Shown here: piece after piece, positions 47,020 to 56,504 of the stretch
How the letters are laid out: every line of letters begins with the position of its first letter
Numbering within the stretch: position 1 is the first letter of the stretch
Origin: an uncultured Rhodobacteraceae bacterium
GTDB lineage: Bacteria; Pseudomonadota; Alphaproteobacteria; Rhodobacterales; Rhodobacteraceae
Direction: 5' to 3'
NCBI GenBank assembly: GCA_947492585.1
Contig: CANLND010000011.1
Location: 15,719-79,718 of the forward strand
Length of the DNA: 64,000 nucleotides
Position numbers and translations under genes: made by a program
The notes under the pieces: generated by a model
What the model saw: only the letters and a program-made list of their open reading frames with translations
Told to the model about the DNA's origin: nothing
Databases searched by the model: none

Positions 47020-48246
47020 ATGGCTGGATCTCTTCCCCGTTCTCCGCTGGCACCTGCTGAATTTCCGGTGTTGCCGGTGATCAAAGGCGTGCGCTTTGCC
47101 GCAGCTGCGGCTGGTGTAAAGTATCAAGACCGTGCAGATGTTATGCTGGCGCTTCTGGACCCCGGCAGTTCAGTTGCAGGCGTGTTCACACGTTCCAAAA
47201 CCCGATCAGCCAATGTTCTGGATTGCGAGGCCAAAATCGGCAGCGACAGCACAGATGGTGCGGCGATTTTTGTGAATTCCGGCAATTCCAATGCCTTTAC
47301 CGGCCGGGCGGGCGAAGGATCTGTTTCGGCAATTTGCAAAGCCATCTCAGAGACAACTGGCTTGCCTGAAACACGCGTGTTCACCTCTTCGACCGGGGTG
47401 ATCGGGGAACGTCTTCCGCATGATCGCATCATTTCCAAGGTGGATACGCTATTCAGAAGCCTGGACGAAACCGCGCTCCCTGACGCTGCCAAGGCGATCA
47501 TGACCACCGACACCTTTGCCAAAGGTGCCGCCGCAGAAGTTCTGATCAACGGCCAGCCCGTAAAAATTGCCGGGATCGCTAAAGGGTCCGGCATGATTGC
47601 CCCAGATATGGCGACGATGCTGGTCTACATCTTCACCGACGCGAAAATCGCAACGTCCGATCTGCAAACGCTTGTCGGCGCCCTAAACGATCGCAGTTTC
47701 AACTGCATCACCGTGGATGGCGACACCTCGACCTCGGACACGTTGCTGATGGCTGCAACCGGCGCGTCGCATGTGGATGTCACCGGCAACGCCGCCTTTG
47801 AAGGTGCCTTGCGCGATGTGTTCCTTGATCTGGCCCACCAAGTGGTACGAGACGGGGAGGGCGCCACCAAATTTGTTGAGATACAGGTCACAGGCGCAAT
47901 GTCGGACGAAGAGGCCAAGACCCACGGCCTGTCCATCGCCAACTCTCCTTTGGTGAAAACCGCGCTGGCAGGCGAAGACCCCAACTGGGGGCGCGTGGTT
48001 ATGGCAATCGGAAAATCCGGCGCGACCGCGGACCGGGATCTGTTGTCGATTTCTTTTGGCGATGTTCTTGTCGCCGAAAAAGGCTGGGTCTCGCCTGACT
48101 ATCGCGAGGAATTGGGGGCGGCTGAAATGAAAAAGCAAGAGATCACCATAAAGGTCGATCTAGGCATTGGGTCGGGACAGTCCACCGTGTGGACCTGTGA
48201 TTTGACCCATCAGTACATCACCATCAACGCAGATTACCGATCATGA
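47020..48246 (+). CDS. argJ: Glutamate N-acetyltransferase/ornithine acetyltransferase
   Basis: NSGNSNAFTG, STGVIG, IMTTDT, KGSGMIAPDMATML, DTSTSDT, DGEGATK. Confidence 0.97.
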   Translation: MAGSLPRSPLAPAEFPVLPVIKGVRFAAAAAGVKYQDRADVMLALLDPGSSVAGVFTRSKTRSANVLDCEAKIGSDSTDGAAIFVNSGNSNAFTGRAGEGSVSAICKAISETTGLPETRVFTSSTGVIGERLPHDRIISKVDTLFRSLDETALPDAAKAIMTTDTFAKGAAAEVLINGQPVKIAGIAKGSGMIAPDMATMLVYIFTDAKIATSDLQTLVGALNDRSFNCITVDGDTSTSDTLLMAATGASHVDVTGNAAFEGALRDVFLDLAHQVVRDGEGATKFVEIQVTGAMSDEEAKTHGLSIANSPLVKTALAGEDPNWGRVVMAIGKSGATADRDLLSISFGDVLVAEKGWVSPDYREELGAAEMKKQEITIKVDLGIGSGQSTVWTCDLTHQYITINADYRS

Positions 48247-48641
48247 AACTGGTTCTGGTTTCCGCCGTCGCGCTCATCGATGTTGATGGGCGCGTTTTGC
48301 TGGCGCAGCGCCCCGAAGGCAAATCCATGGCAGGGCTGTGGGAGTTTCCTGGTGGCAAAATCGAAGCCGGCGAAACACCCGAAGCCGCATTGGTGCGTGA
48401 ACTTCAGGAAGAGCTGGGCATTGATACCTGGACCTCTTGTCTGGCGCCCTTAACCTTTGCCAGTCATTCTTATGACGATTTTCACTTGTTGATGCCACTG
48501 TTTGCCTGCCGCAAATGGAACGGTATCCCCCAAGCCAAAGAAGGCCAGACGTTGAAGTGGGTCAAACCCAATGAGCTGCGCGATTATCCGATGCCCGCAG
48601 CAGACGTTCCCCTGATCCCAATCTTGCGCGACTGGCTGTAG
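48243..48641 (+). CDS. mutT: 8-oxo-dGTP diphosphatase (Nudix)
   Basis: Nudix box WEFPGGKIEAGETPEAALVRELQEELG; ATGA overlap with argJ. Confidence 0.92.
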   Translation: MKLVLVSAVALIDVDGRVLLAQRPEGKSMAGLWEFPGGKIEAGETPEAALVRELQEELGIDTWTSCLAPLTFASHSYDDFHLLMPLFACRKWNGIPQAKEGQTLKWVKPNELRDYPMPAADVPLIPILRDWL

Positions 48642-48789
48642 ATCCGTTTCCGACAGGGTGAAACCTTCGAAATTCGTTTATAATCTGTTGCAGTCTGCCC
48701 AAAAAATAAACGCTTTGTTAGGTTTTCTGGGCGAACTTAAGGTCAAGAGATTAAAGATAACGCAATTGAGACAATAGAAGGACCACCTC

Positions 48790-48912
48790 ATGATCCGAAC
48801 TATCACAATTGGCGCTTTTATTTCGGTACAGGGCGACTATGTGCAGGCGCTGCCCAATGGCATGATTGCCGTCAAAGTTGGCCAAACGATTTACGAAGGC
48901 CGACCGGTCTGA
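48790..48912 (+). CDS. Small 40-aa protein MIRTITIGAFISVQGDYVQALPNGMIAVKVGQTIYEGRPV, below the ORF-track cutoff
   Basis: AAGGA RBS 7 nt upstream, AT-rich upstream region, its own downstream terminator, beta-strand-like residue pattern. Confidence 0.75.
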   Translation: MIRTITIGAFISVQGDYVQALPNGMIAVKVGQTIYEGRPV

Positions 48913-48950
48913 CCACCGGTCGCACGAAGACCACCACTCAACAAATCATC

Positions 48951-48982
48951 AAAACGGGGCGGCATTTTCGCCCCGTTTTTTT
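48951..48982 (+). terminator. Terminator after the 40-aa ORF, possibly bidirectional
   Basis: AAAACGGGGCG-GCATTTT-CGCCCCGTTTT plus further T. Confidence 0.85.
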
Positions 48983-49017
48983 GTGCCTGCCAGTTCGGCA
49001 CATCGGCGCAGCACCAC

Positions 49018-49053
49018 AAAAAAAGAGCCCGACCAATCAAGGTCAGGCTCTTT
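49018..49053 (-). terminator. Terminator after infB
   Basis: On the minus strand GAGCCTGACC-TTGATT-GGTCGGGCTC followed by T7. Confidence 0.85.
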
Positions 49054-49074
49054 CAAAATGCTTTTGTATGACGC

Positions 49075-51558
49075 TTAGGCCAGTGTGCGTGTGACTTCTT
49101 CGCGCTCGAAGATTTCGATCACGTCGTCTGGGCGGATGTCGTCGTAGTTTTCGAACGCCATACCACATTCCTGACCAGATTGAACGTCAGACACTTCGTC
49201 CTTGAAGCGTTTCAAGGTCTTCAGCGTGCCTTCGTGGATCACCACGTTGTCGCGCAGCAGACGTACACCTGCGGAGCGGCGTGCAACGCCTTCTGTGACC
49301 AGACAGCCTGCAACCTTGCCAACGCCGGTAACCTTGAAGACTTCTTTGATGTTGGCATAGCCAATGAAGTTTTCTTTGATTTCCGCAGACAGCAGACCAG
49401 AGGCCGCTGCTTTGACGTCGTCAACCAGATCGTAGATCACCGAGTAGTACCGGATCTCAACGCCTTTTTGGTTGGCGGTGTTGCGTGCCGAGGTGTTGGC
49501 ACGGACGTTAAAGCCCATGATTGGCGCGCCAGAGGCTTCGGCCAGACCCACGTCGGTTTCGGTGATCGCACCAACGCCCGAGTGCAGAACGCGAACGCGC
49601 ACTTCATCGTTGCCGATTTTTTCCATCGCCTGAACGATCGCTTCCGCAGAACCCTGCACGTCAGCCTTCAACAAGATGGGCAGTTCGGAGACGTTTTCGT
49701 CTTCTTTTGCCTTTTGCATCAACTGTTCCAGCGTGGTCGCCGCACCGGCCGCTGCGCGTTTGTCTTTGGCGGCTTGTTCACGATATTCCGCAATCTCACG
49801 CGCCTGCGCTTCGGTTTCGGTCACGTTCAATACGTCGCCTGCTTCGGGTGTGCCGTTGAGGCCGAGAACTTCGACAGGAACCGAAGGACCGGCTTCTTTG
49901 ACGCGCTCGCCCTTGTCGTTGATCAGCGCACGGACCTTACCGTATTGCTCACCCACAACAAAGATATCGCCCTGACGCAGCGTACCGGTTTGAACCAGAA
50001 CGGTTGCAACGGGACCACGACCCACGTCCAGCTGCGCCTCGATCACGGCACCTTGGGCGGCGCGCTCGGGGTTGGCTTTCAGTTCCAGAATCTCTGATTG
50101 CAGCGCGATGGCTTCCAACAGCTCGTCCAGACCTTGACCGGTGTGCGCAGAGACTTCGACGTCTTGCACTTCACCTGACATGGCTTCCACGATGACCGAG
50201 TGCTGCAGCAGTTCGGTGCGCACTTTCGTCGGATCTGCGGCGGGTTTGTCGCATTTGTTGATCGCAACGATCATCGGCACCTGCGCCGCTTTGGCGTGAT
50301 TGATCGCTTCAATTGTCTGCGGCATGACCGAGTCATCCGCCGCGACGACCAAAACAACGATATCCGTCACCTGAGCACCGCGTGAGCGCATCGAGGTAAA
50401 GGCCGCGTGGCCTGGTGTATCAAGGAAGCTCAATACCGTGCCGCTGGCAGTTTTCACCTGATACGCACCGATGTGCTGGGTGATCCCACCCGCTTCACCG
50501 GCCACAACACGGGCGTTGCGGATCGCGTCCAGAATAGAGGTTTTACCGTGGTCAACGTGGCCCATGATGGTGATCACAGGTGGACGTGATTTCAGGTCTT
50601 CGTCTTTGTCTTTGATCTCTTTGATCACGTCTTCGACGTCCGCGTCAGACACGCGGGTCACTTTGTGACCAAATTCTTCGATGATCAGTTCAGCGGTGTC
50701 CGCATCGATGGTTTGGTTTTGTGTAACCATCATGCCCATCTGCATCAGCGACTTCACGACGTCGGCAACACGTTCGGACATACGGTTCGCCAGCTCCGAC
50801 ACCACGATGGCTTCGGGCAGCTGAACTTCACGGATTACCTTTTCGCGCTCGACCGTCCCCATCGCCTTTTGGCGGGCACGCTCTTGCTTACGACGCATCG
50901 AGGCAACAGAACGATGACGCCCATCGCCACCACCGGTCGCTTGACCCAGTGTCAGTTTGCCCGAGCGCCGGCCTTCGTCACCGCGATTTTTGTTGCGGCC
51001 ACGTTCATCACGCTCACGGTCCGTTTTACGCGGAGTTGCAGCGGGCTGTTTGTTCGGCAGCGGACGGCTGGACGACGGCGCAGGTTCGGATTTTTTCTTC
51101 TCAGCTGCAGACGCTGCGGCGCGCTTGGCGTCTTCAGCTTCTTTGCGTTTGCGCTCTTCTTCAGCCGCTTTGGCTTTGACGCGCTCTTCCGCTTCACGCT
51201 GTTCGCGTTCTTTAGCTTCGGCTTCGGCACGACGGCGGGCGCGATCTTCTTCGCGCGCCTTTTCTTCTGCAACACGAGCCGCAGCTTCTTCGACTTCGCG
51301 CGCCTTCGCAGCTTGCAGAGCTTTCAGTCGGCGGGCCATTTCCACATCAGAAATACCGGCGGGGCGACGCGAACGGTCACCTGACCCACCGATGTTGCCA
51401 CCAGGTTTACCGGCAGGACCGGGCTTGGGAACCACAACGCGCTTGCGTTTGGTTTCAACCACAACGTTTTTGGTCCGGCCATGGCTGAAACTCTGTTTCA
51501 CGTTTGCTGGACGGGAACCCTGCAGGCCTAACGTCTTTTTGCCGTCATTATCGCTCAT
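49075..51558 (-). CDS. infB: Translation initiation factor IF-2
   Basis: [32 protein letters not shown]; charged N-terminal region. Confidence 0.99.
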   Translation of the reverse strand: MSDNDGKKTLGLQGSRPANVKQSFSHGRTKNVVVETKRKRVVVPKPGPAGKPGGNIGGSGDRSRRPAGISDVEMARRLKALQAAKAREVEEAAARVAEEKAREEDRARRRAEAEAKEREQREAEERVKAKAAEEERKRKEAEDAKRAAASAAEKKKSEPAPSSSRPLPNKQPAATPRKTDRERDERGRNKNRGDEGRRSGKLTLGQATGGGDGRHRSVASMRRKQERARQKAMGTVEREKVIREVQLPEAIVVSELANRMSERVADVVKSLMQMGMMVTQNQTIDADTAELIIEEFGHKVTRVSDADVEDVIKEIKDKDEDLKSRPPVITIMGHVDHGKTSILDAIRNARVVAGEAGGITQHIGAYQVKTASGTVLSFLDTPGHAAFTSMRSRGAQVTDIVVLVVAADDSVMPQTIEAINHAKAAQVPMIVAINKCDKPAADPTKVRTELLQHSVIVEAMSGEVQDVEVSAHTGQGLDELLEAIALQSEILELKANPERAAQGAVIEAQLDVGRGPVATVLVQTGTLRQGDIFVVGEQYGKVRALINDKGERVKEAGPSVPVEVLGLNGTPEAGDVLNVTETEAQAREIAEYREQAAKDKRAAAGAATTLEQLMQKAKEDENVSELPILLKADVQGSAEAIVQAMEKIGNDEVRVRVLHSGVGAITETDVGLAEASGAPIMGFNVRANTSARNTANQKGVEIRYYSVIYDLVDDVKAAASGLLSAEIKENFIGYANIKEVFKVTGVGKVAGCLVTEGVARRSAGVRLLRDNVVIHEGTLKTLKRFKDEVSDVQSGQECGMAFENYDDIRPDDVIEIFEREEVTRTLA

Positions 51559-51566
51559 AAAGCTCT

Positions 51567-52196
51567 TTATCCTTCTGCGCGGCCCTTGCCGCCCTTCACA
51601 TCTATTACATCACGCAACCCTTGAAGTCGTTGCGCCTCGTGTACAACACGTTTGCTGAGTCCACCAGAGGCGAGCGCAGCATGTATGACAGTTTCGCGTC
51701 CAAATGCCATTCCCAGCTCATCTGCTGTCAGACATCCAATAAATTTCCCTTTATAGGGCGTGCTCAACTTTGTCTTGCCACGCGCCGAACCATCCAACGC
51801 CTGAATGAGTACCCACGCGTCTTCTTTGTAGAGCCAGTCTTTGACTTTCTCATATCCTGCAATGGCATGGCCGGATTTACGCGACAGGCTAATCAAATCG
51901 ATCAACCGACGCAGCACCAGGCGCTCAACCTCGGCGATAATATTATCGCCGACGGTCACTTGTGTTTTGAAGCCGCGAGAAAAAAGTTTCTTTTTCACGG
52001 CGGTTTCAAGCGCATCACGTGTTGCGGTGATGTAGACCCCACGCCCAGGCAATTTGCCCATGACATCGGGATACACTTGACCATCCGGCCCCAAGACAAA
52101 CCGGATCAGCCCTTGTTTTGGCTGCACCTCGCCGGTGGCCAGACATTTACGCTCTGGACCACTGGTTTGGTCTGTCTCGGTTTCTACATCACCCAT
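51567..52196 (-). CDS. YlxR/DUF448 RNA-binding protein fused to an L7Ae-like domain
   Basis: [21 protein letters not shown]-terminal L7Ae-like half; located between nusA and infB. Confidence 0.88.
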   Translation of the reverse strand: MGDVETETDQTSGPERKCLATGEVQPKQGLIRFVLGPDGQVYPDVMGKLPGRGVYITATRDALETAVKKKLFSRGFKTQVTVGDNIIAEVERLVLRRLIDLISLSRKSGHAIAGYEKVKDWLYKEDAWVLIQALDGSARGKTKLSTPYKGKFIGCLTADELGMAFGRETVIHAALASGGLSKRVVHEAQRLQGLRDVIDVKGGKGRAEG

Positions 52197-52218
52197 TTAC
52201 GTTCTCCAGAGACCTGAA

Positions 52219-53835
52219 TCAGGCCTCGCCTTCTTCTTCAACTGCTTCTTCTGCGTCGTCTTCGGCTGTTTCCAGCTCAGCCGGATCCACCCAGCCCAGA
52301 ACGATACGTGCGGTCATGACCAATTCCTGGGCCTCTTCCAGCGACATGCCGAAAGGTTCCAGAACGCCATCATCTTTGACACGTTGACCATCCACGGTGG
52401 TCCAGCCACCAGCCAATTCCCAGTCCGCACAGGTCGCGAAATCTTCCAGCGTTTTCACATCATCTTTGGCCAGCGCTTCCACCATCTGTGGTGTCAGACC
52501 TTCAAAGTTGATCAGGTTCTCTTCGACACCCAACTCACGTGCGGCATCCAAAGCAGCCTTGGCTTGCGCTTCCAGATAGTCACGGGCACGTGCTTGCAGT
52601 TCGGACGCTGTGCTTTCGTCGACGCCATCGATCACCAGCAATTCGTCAAGCTCGACATAGGCAACCTCTTCGAGAGTGGTAAAGCCTTCGGCGACCAGCA
52701 GTTGCGCAAAGAACTCGTCAAGATCCAAAGTGGCCATGAACAGGCCGGTGCGGGCTTCGAATTCTTTCTGACGGCGTGCCGATTCCTCGGCTTCGGTCAT
52801 GATATCGATGTCCAGCTTGGTCAGTTGTGACGCCAAACGCACGTTTTGACCACGACGGCCAATCGCCAGGCTCAGCTGTTCTTCGGGAACCACAACTTCG
52901 ATTTTGCCAGCTTCTTCGTCCAAAACAACTTTGGACACTTCAGCCGGTTGCAGCGCGTTCACCAAGAAGGTTGGCTGGTCTTCGTTCCACGGGATGATGT
53001 CGATCTTTTCACCCTGAAGCTCGTTTACAACCGCCTGAACTCGCGACCCACGCATACCCACACAGGCACCCACGGGATCAATCGAGTTATCATAGGAGAT
53101 CACGGCGATCTTAGCACGCGAACCAGGGTCACGAGCAACTGCCTTGATTTCAATGATGTTGTCATAGATTTCAGGCACTTCCATTTTGAACAACTCGGCC
53201 ATAAATTCTGGCGCGGTGCGGCTCAGGAAGATCTGTGGGCCACGCTGTTCGCGACGCACATCTTTGATGTAGCAGCGGATGCGATCGTTGGGGCGATAGG
53301 CTTCGCGGCCGATCTTTTCGTTGCGACGCAAAATGGCTTCGCCTGCGCCCAGATCGACGATGACGTTGCCGTATTCTTCGCGTTTGACCAGACCGTTGAT
53401 GATGGTGCCGGCGCGGTCCTTGAATTCTTCGTACTGACGGTCACGTTCTGCTTCACGAACCTTCTGCAGGATCACCTGTTTGGCTGACTGTGCCGCGATG
53501 CGGCCCATTTCAACCGGGGGGATCTCTTCGACGTAAGTGTCGCCGATTTCTGGCTCAGACATGTACTGTTTCGCCTGCTCGACGGTCAGTTCAGACTGAT
53601 AGTTTTCCAGCTCTTCTTCTTCGACAACGGTGCGCACGCGGGTGAATTTGGCGCGACCGGTCTTGCGATCGATAGACACGCGAATGTCCATTTCCGAGCC
53701 GTACCGGCTTTTGGCAGCGCGGGCCAGCGACTCTTCCATCGCTTCCACGACCAGACCGGGGTCGATCATCTTTTCGCGGGCCACGGCCTCAGCGGTTTGA
53801 AGCAGCTCAAGCTGGTTTGCAGAGGTAATCGCCAT
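52219..53835 (-). CDS. nusA: Transcription termination/antitermination factor NusA
   Basis: GRIAAQSAKQ, ARDPGSRAKIAV, DPVGACVG, AIGRRGQNVRLA. Confidence 0.99.
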   Translation of the reverse strand: MAITSANQLELLQTAEAVAREKMIDPGLVVEAMEESLARAAKSRYGSEMDIRVSIDRKTGRAKFTRVRTVVEEEELENYQSELTVEQAKQYMSEPEIGDTYVEEIPPVEMGRIAAQSAKQVILQKVREAERDRQYEEFKDRAGTIINGLVKREEYGNVIVDLGAGEAILRRNEKIGREAYRPNDRIRCYIKDVRREQRGPQIFLSRTAPEFMAELFKMEVPEIYDNIIEIKAVARDPGSRAKIAVISYDNSIDPVGACVGMRGSRVQAVVNELQGEKIDIIPWNEDQPTFLVNALQPAEVSKVVLDEEAGKIEVVVPEEQLSLAIGRRGQNVRLASQLTKLDIDIMTEAEESARRQKEFEARTGLFMATLDLDEFFAQLLVAEGFTTLEEVAYVELDELLVIDGVDESTASELQARARDYLEAQAKAALDAARELGVEENLINFEGLTPQMVEALAKDDVKTLEDFATCADWELAGGWTTVDGQRVKDDGVLEPFGMSLEEAQELVMTARIVLGWVDPAELETAEDDAEEAVEEEGEA

Positions 53836-54428
53836 TACTTTGTCTCCTCTTCGGACCCGTCTTGGGTCTCAATCTCGTCGAATGCGTCTTCGTTCAATGT
53901 GCCCGCAGCCTTACGCTGCCGCAGCATTTCGCTAATCAGGTCGTCGGTCAGCACCAGTTTGGCGTCAGACAACCAGTCAAACTGCAAACCGATGGTAATT
54001 GTTTCGCCGTGCTCTTCGATGTTGATCAGCACGTCATCGCCTTCGATTCCGGCCAGTTCACCTTTGAACCGACGCCGCCCGTCAATCAATTCCGTGGTTT
54101 CCAGCTTGGCCTCGTAGCCTTCGAACATGTCAAAGTCTTTCAGGCGGGTCAGCGGGCGATCGATACCAGGGCTGGACACCTCCAGCGCATAGGCATCCAA
54201 AATCGGATCTTCAACATCAAGCGTCGCGCTGATGGCATTTGAGATTACGGCGCAATCATCCACTTCAATGCCACCATCCGGCTTGTCAGCCATGACTTGC
54301 ATTGTTGTCGTCTTACCAGACATCAGGCGAATGCGCACCAGCTCATAGCCCAGATCCTCGATCACCGGTGAGATGATCTCGGCCAGGCGCTGATCTATCG
54401 CGGCTTTGGCGATCAGGTCATTGGTCAT
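53835..54428 (-). CDS. rimP: Ribosome maturation factor RimP
   Basis: [30 protein letters not shown]. Start moved to ATG 54428. Confidence 0.97.
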   Translation of the reverse strand: MTNDLIAKAAIDQRLAEIISPVIEDLGYELVRIRLMSGKTTTMQVMADKPDGGIEVDDCAVISNAISATLDVEDPILDAYALEVSSPGIDRPLTRLKDFDMFEGYEAKLETTELIDGRRRFKGELAGIEGDDVLINIEEHGETITIGLQFDWLSDAKLVLTDDLISEMLRQRKAAGTLNEDAFDEIETQDGSEEETK

Positions 54429-54443
54429 AGGGTGTCCAAACAC

Positions 54444-54504
54444 AAAAAAACGGGCGCGCGGCCCGTCGAAAATTCCGGTGGTGTATCAGGCTCCAGAGCC
54501 CGAC
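54444..54504 (-). promoter_or_regulatory. rimP leader: upstream hairpin plus intrinsic terminator (attenuator)
   Basis: On the minus strand hairpin GTCGGGCTC-TG-GAGCCTGAT, then ACGGGC-CGCGC-GCCCGT with a T7 tract ending 15 nt before the rimP ATG. Confidence 0.7.
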
Positions 54505-54522
54505 GCGCCGCTGTTGAGCCGT

Positions 54523-54551
54523 TATATAGGCCCATGGGGGCGAATCTGCAA
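54523..54551 (-). promoter_or_regulatory. Promoter of the rimP-nusA-infB operon
   Basis: On the minus strand TTGCAG-N17-TATATA (also TTG-N18-CCTATAT). Confidence 0.6.
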
Positions 54552-54702
54552 GGGAAACCTCATCCGCGCCAGGCCGGGACACCGCAGCACCTCTGAGCAA
54601 ATTTTTTCAATAATTTTCTGAATAGCAATCGTGCTTTGAGTGTTTTCCTAATGTCGGACCTCGGCACCTTATTTGGAACCTATTAAAATGGATAACGTCT
54701 TC

Positions 54703-55638
54703 ATGCGGACCTCACAGCTTACACGCTCATCGATTCTTGCGCTCTTTCTGTCATCAACCCCACTGTGGGCCAACACGTGGGTCTTGAACGCCGATCAGTC
54801 CACTCTGGCGTTTGGGTCGATCAAAAAAGAGACCGTTGGCGAAACTCACAGCTTTGAAACGCTATCTGGTACGGTCAGTGCCGCGGGCGCCGTGGACATC
54901 GCGATCTCTTTGCCCTCGGTAGAAACATTCATCGACATCCGCAACGAACGCCTGATCGAACATGTGTTCAAAGGCGCCGAAACCGCCAATCTGCGGGCTG
55001 CTGTGGATATGAACGCGCTGAACGCGCTTTCGGTGGGGGATCTGCTTATGACAGATGTCGCGGCCACGTTGTCCTTTTTAGGACGTGAGATCCCGGTCGA
55101 TGCAGAACTGGTTCTGGCCCGTCTCAGCGCAACAAAGGTGATGATTTCAACCGCAAATATGGTCTTTGTCACCGTCGAAGATGCCGGCATGTCGGACGGC
55201 ATCGATGTTTTGCAGTCCCTGGCCAAGCTGAGTGGCATCACCCGCACCGTTCCCGTTACCGCCCGTCTGGTATTTGAAACAGACGGCGAGTCTGCGGCTG
55301 TCCTCACTGAAACTCCTGTAGCCGTAGCCACGGCTGGAGACGCAGAACGGGGCAAGAAGATTTTTAAGAAATGCAAAGCCTGCCACGTGTTGGATGAAGG
55401 CAAACACCGCACCGGGCCCAGCCTTCATGCAGTAGTTGGCAAACAGGCAGGCACAACAGATGGGTACAAATATTCCAAAGCCTTCAAAGAGGCCGATTTC
55501 ACCTGGAGTGAAGAGGCTCTGGGTGCGTTTTTAGCGAAACCGCGCAGCTATCTAAAGGGAAATAGAATGGCGTTTCCCGGCCTCAAAAAAGAAAAAGATC
55601 GACAGGACCTGATCGCCTATTTGCGTACCGCGGAATGA
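54703..55638 (+). CDS. YceI-like lipid/quinone-binding domain fused to a class I (c2-type) cytochrome c
   Basis: Signal peptide; W.L....S.LAFGSIKK..H.F..LSG..SVETFIDIRNERL (YceI); C-terminal GDAERGKKIFKKCKACH..GPSL..WSEEAL..P..G.RMAFPG. Start 54703, alternative 54688. Confidence 0.85.
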   Translation: MRTSQLTRSSILALFLSSTPLWANTWVLNADQSTLAFGSIKKETVGETHSFETLSGTVSAAGAVDIAISLPSVETFIDIRNERLIEHVFKGAETANLRAAVDMNALNALSVGDLLMTDVAATLSFLGREIPVDAELVLARLSATKVMISTANMVFVTVEDAGMSDGIDVLQSLAKLSGITRTVPVTARLVFETDGESAAVLTETPVAVATAGDAERGKKIFKKCKACHVLDEGKHRTGPSLHAVVGKQAGTTDGYKYSKAFKEADFTWSEEALGAFLAKPRSYLKGNRMAFPGLKKEKDRQDLIAYLRTAE

Positions 55639-55647
55639 GTTGGTTCA

Positions 55648-55672
55648 GGTGGATGGGGTTAGCCCATCCACC
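55648..55672. terminator. Hairpin between the convergent cytochrome fusion and SBP genes
   Basis: GGTGGATGGG-GTTAG-CCCATCCACC, a 10-bp stem overlapping the SBP stop codon. Confidence 0.55.
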
Positions 55673-56504
55673 ACCGCTCAACGATGCGGCCATCATCTAG
55701 CGCAGACTGAACACCGATTTTGCGCGGCACCCCGACCGCGGATTTAGCCGCGAGAGCCATTTCATGGGCCGAGGGATGAAAGAACAACGCCCGGTGCTCC
55801 AGCAGGGTATCCGGCGTCGGCAGCGCGGCGACATCAACAAAACCGTCCCGCAAAGCTTCGGCACGGGCTGTGTCATCGGGAATCACGATAATCTCAACCG
55901 CATCAAACCAGCCCGCGTGCCCATCTTTATAGTGCACAGGCTTACGCTCTGCCCGAAAATGGCGGCCGGCCTGTGCCCGCACCACCCTGTAACACCCGGT
56001 GCCATCGGCCTGATCCAGCGGATCAACCGGTGCGCCGTTTGCCGTGATAACATGGGCCTGGTCCGCCAGAAGATATGGCAGCTGCGGGTTTGGCGCGTCC
56101 AGTTCAAGCCGGACTTTATGCGGGCTGACCACCCAGACCCCCAAGATTTCGCTCTCGCGCAATGGCATACGCAGTATAGAGGCTTTGACGTCATGTGCGG
56201 TCATCAATTGGCCTGACTGGAATCGCGCATCCTCTCGCAGATCAAAAGTCCACACCCGCGCATCCATACTGGCGCGCCAACTGGTTGCCAGTTCCCCGCG
56301 CACCACGCCGTCAGGGCCAATTTCAGTGAGCGCATCAAACAGCGCCCAGCGCGCCACGCGCTCCATTACGTCATCTGCGCGCGGCACGGCCAGACGCAAA
56401 ACCCCGCCGGGTTGTGGCGTCGCCTGCACCGCAGCCCCCGTGGCCGCCAGCAAAGCAGCAGCAGCACCAGAGGTAAACAGGGCACGGCGATCAAGGCGCG
56501 TCAT
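55659..56504 (-). CDS. Short family-5 (peptide/nickel) ABC substrate-binding-like protein with Tat signal
   Basis: Tat motif DRRALF, PQPGGVLRLA, GELATSW, WTFDLREDARF.SG..MTAHDVKAS, GTGCY, WFDAVE, ARAEALRDG. Only 281 aa. Confidence 0.8.
   Translation of the reverse strand: MTRLDRRALFTSGAAAALLAATGAAVQATPQPGGVLRLAVPRADDVMERVARWALFDALTEIGPDGVVRGELATSWRASMDARVWTFDLREDARFQSGQLMTAHDVKASILRMPLRESEILGVWVVSPHKVRLELDAPNPQLPYLLADQAHVITANGAPVDPLDQADGTGCYRVVRAQAGRHFRAERKPVHYKDGHAGWFDAVEIIVIPDDTARAEALRDGFVDVAALPTPDTLLEHRALFFHPSAHEMALAAKSAVGVPRKIGVQSALDDGRIVERWWMG

Noticed and set aside
48700-48760. CtrA box upstream of the 40-aa ORF
   Set aside because: The two TTAA are 10 nt apart rather than 7, and the N7-spaced alternative has a mismatch in each half.
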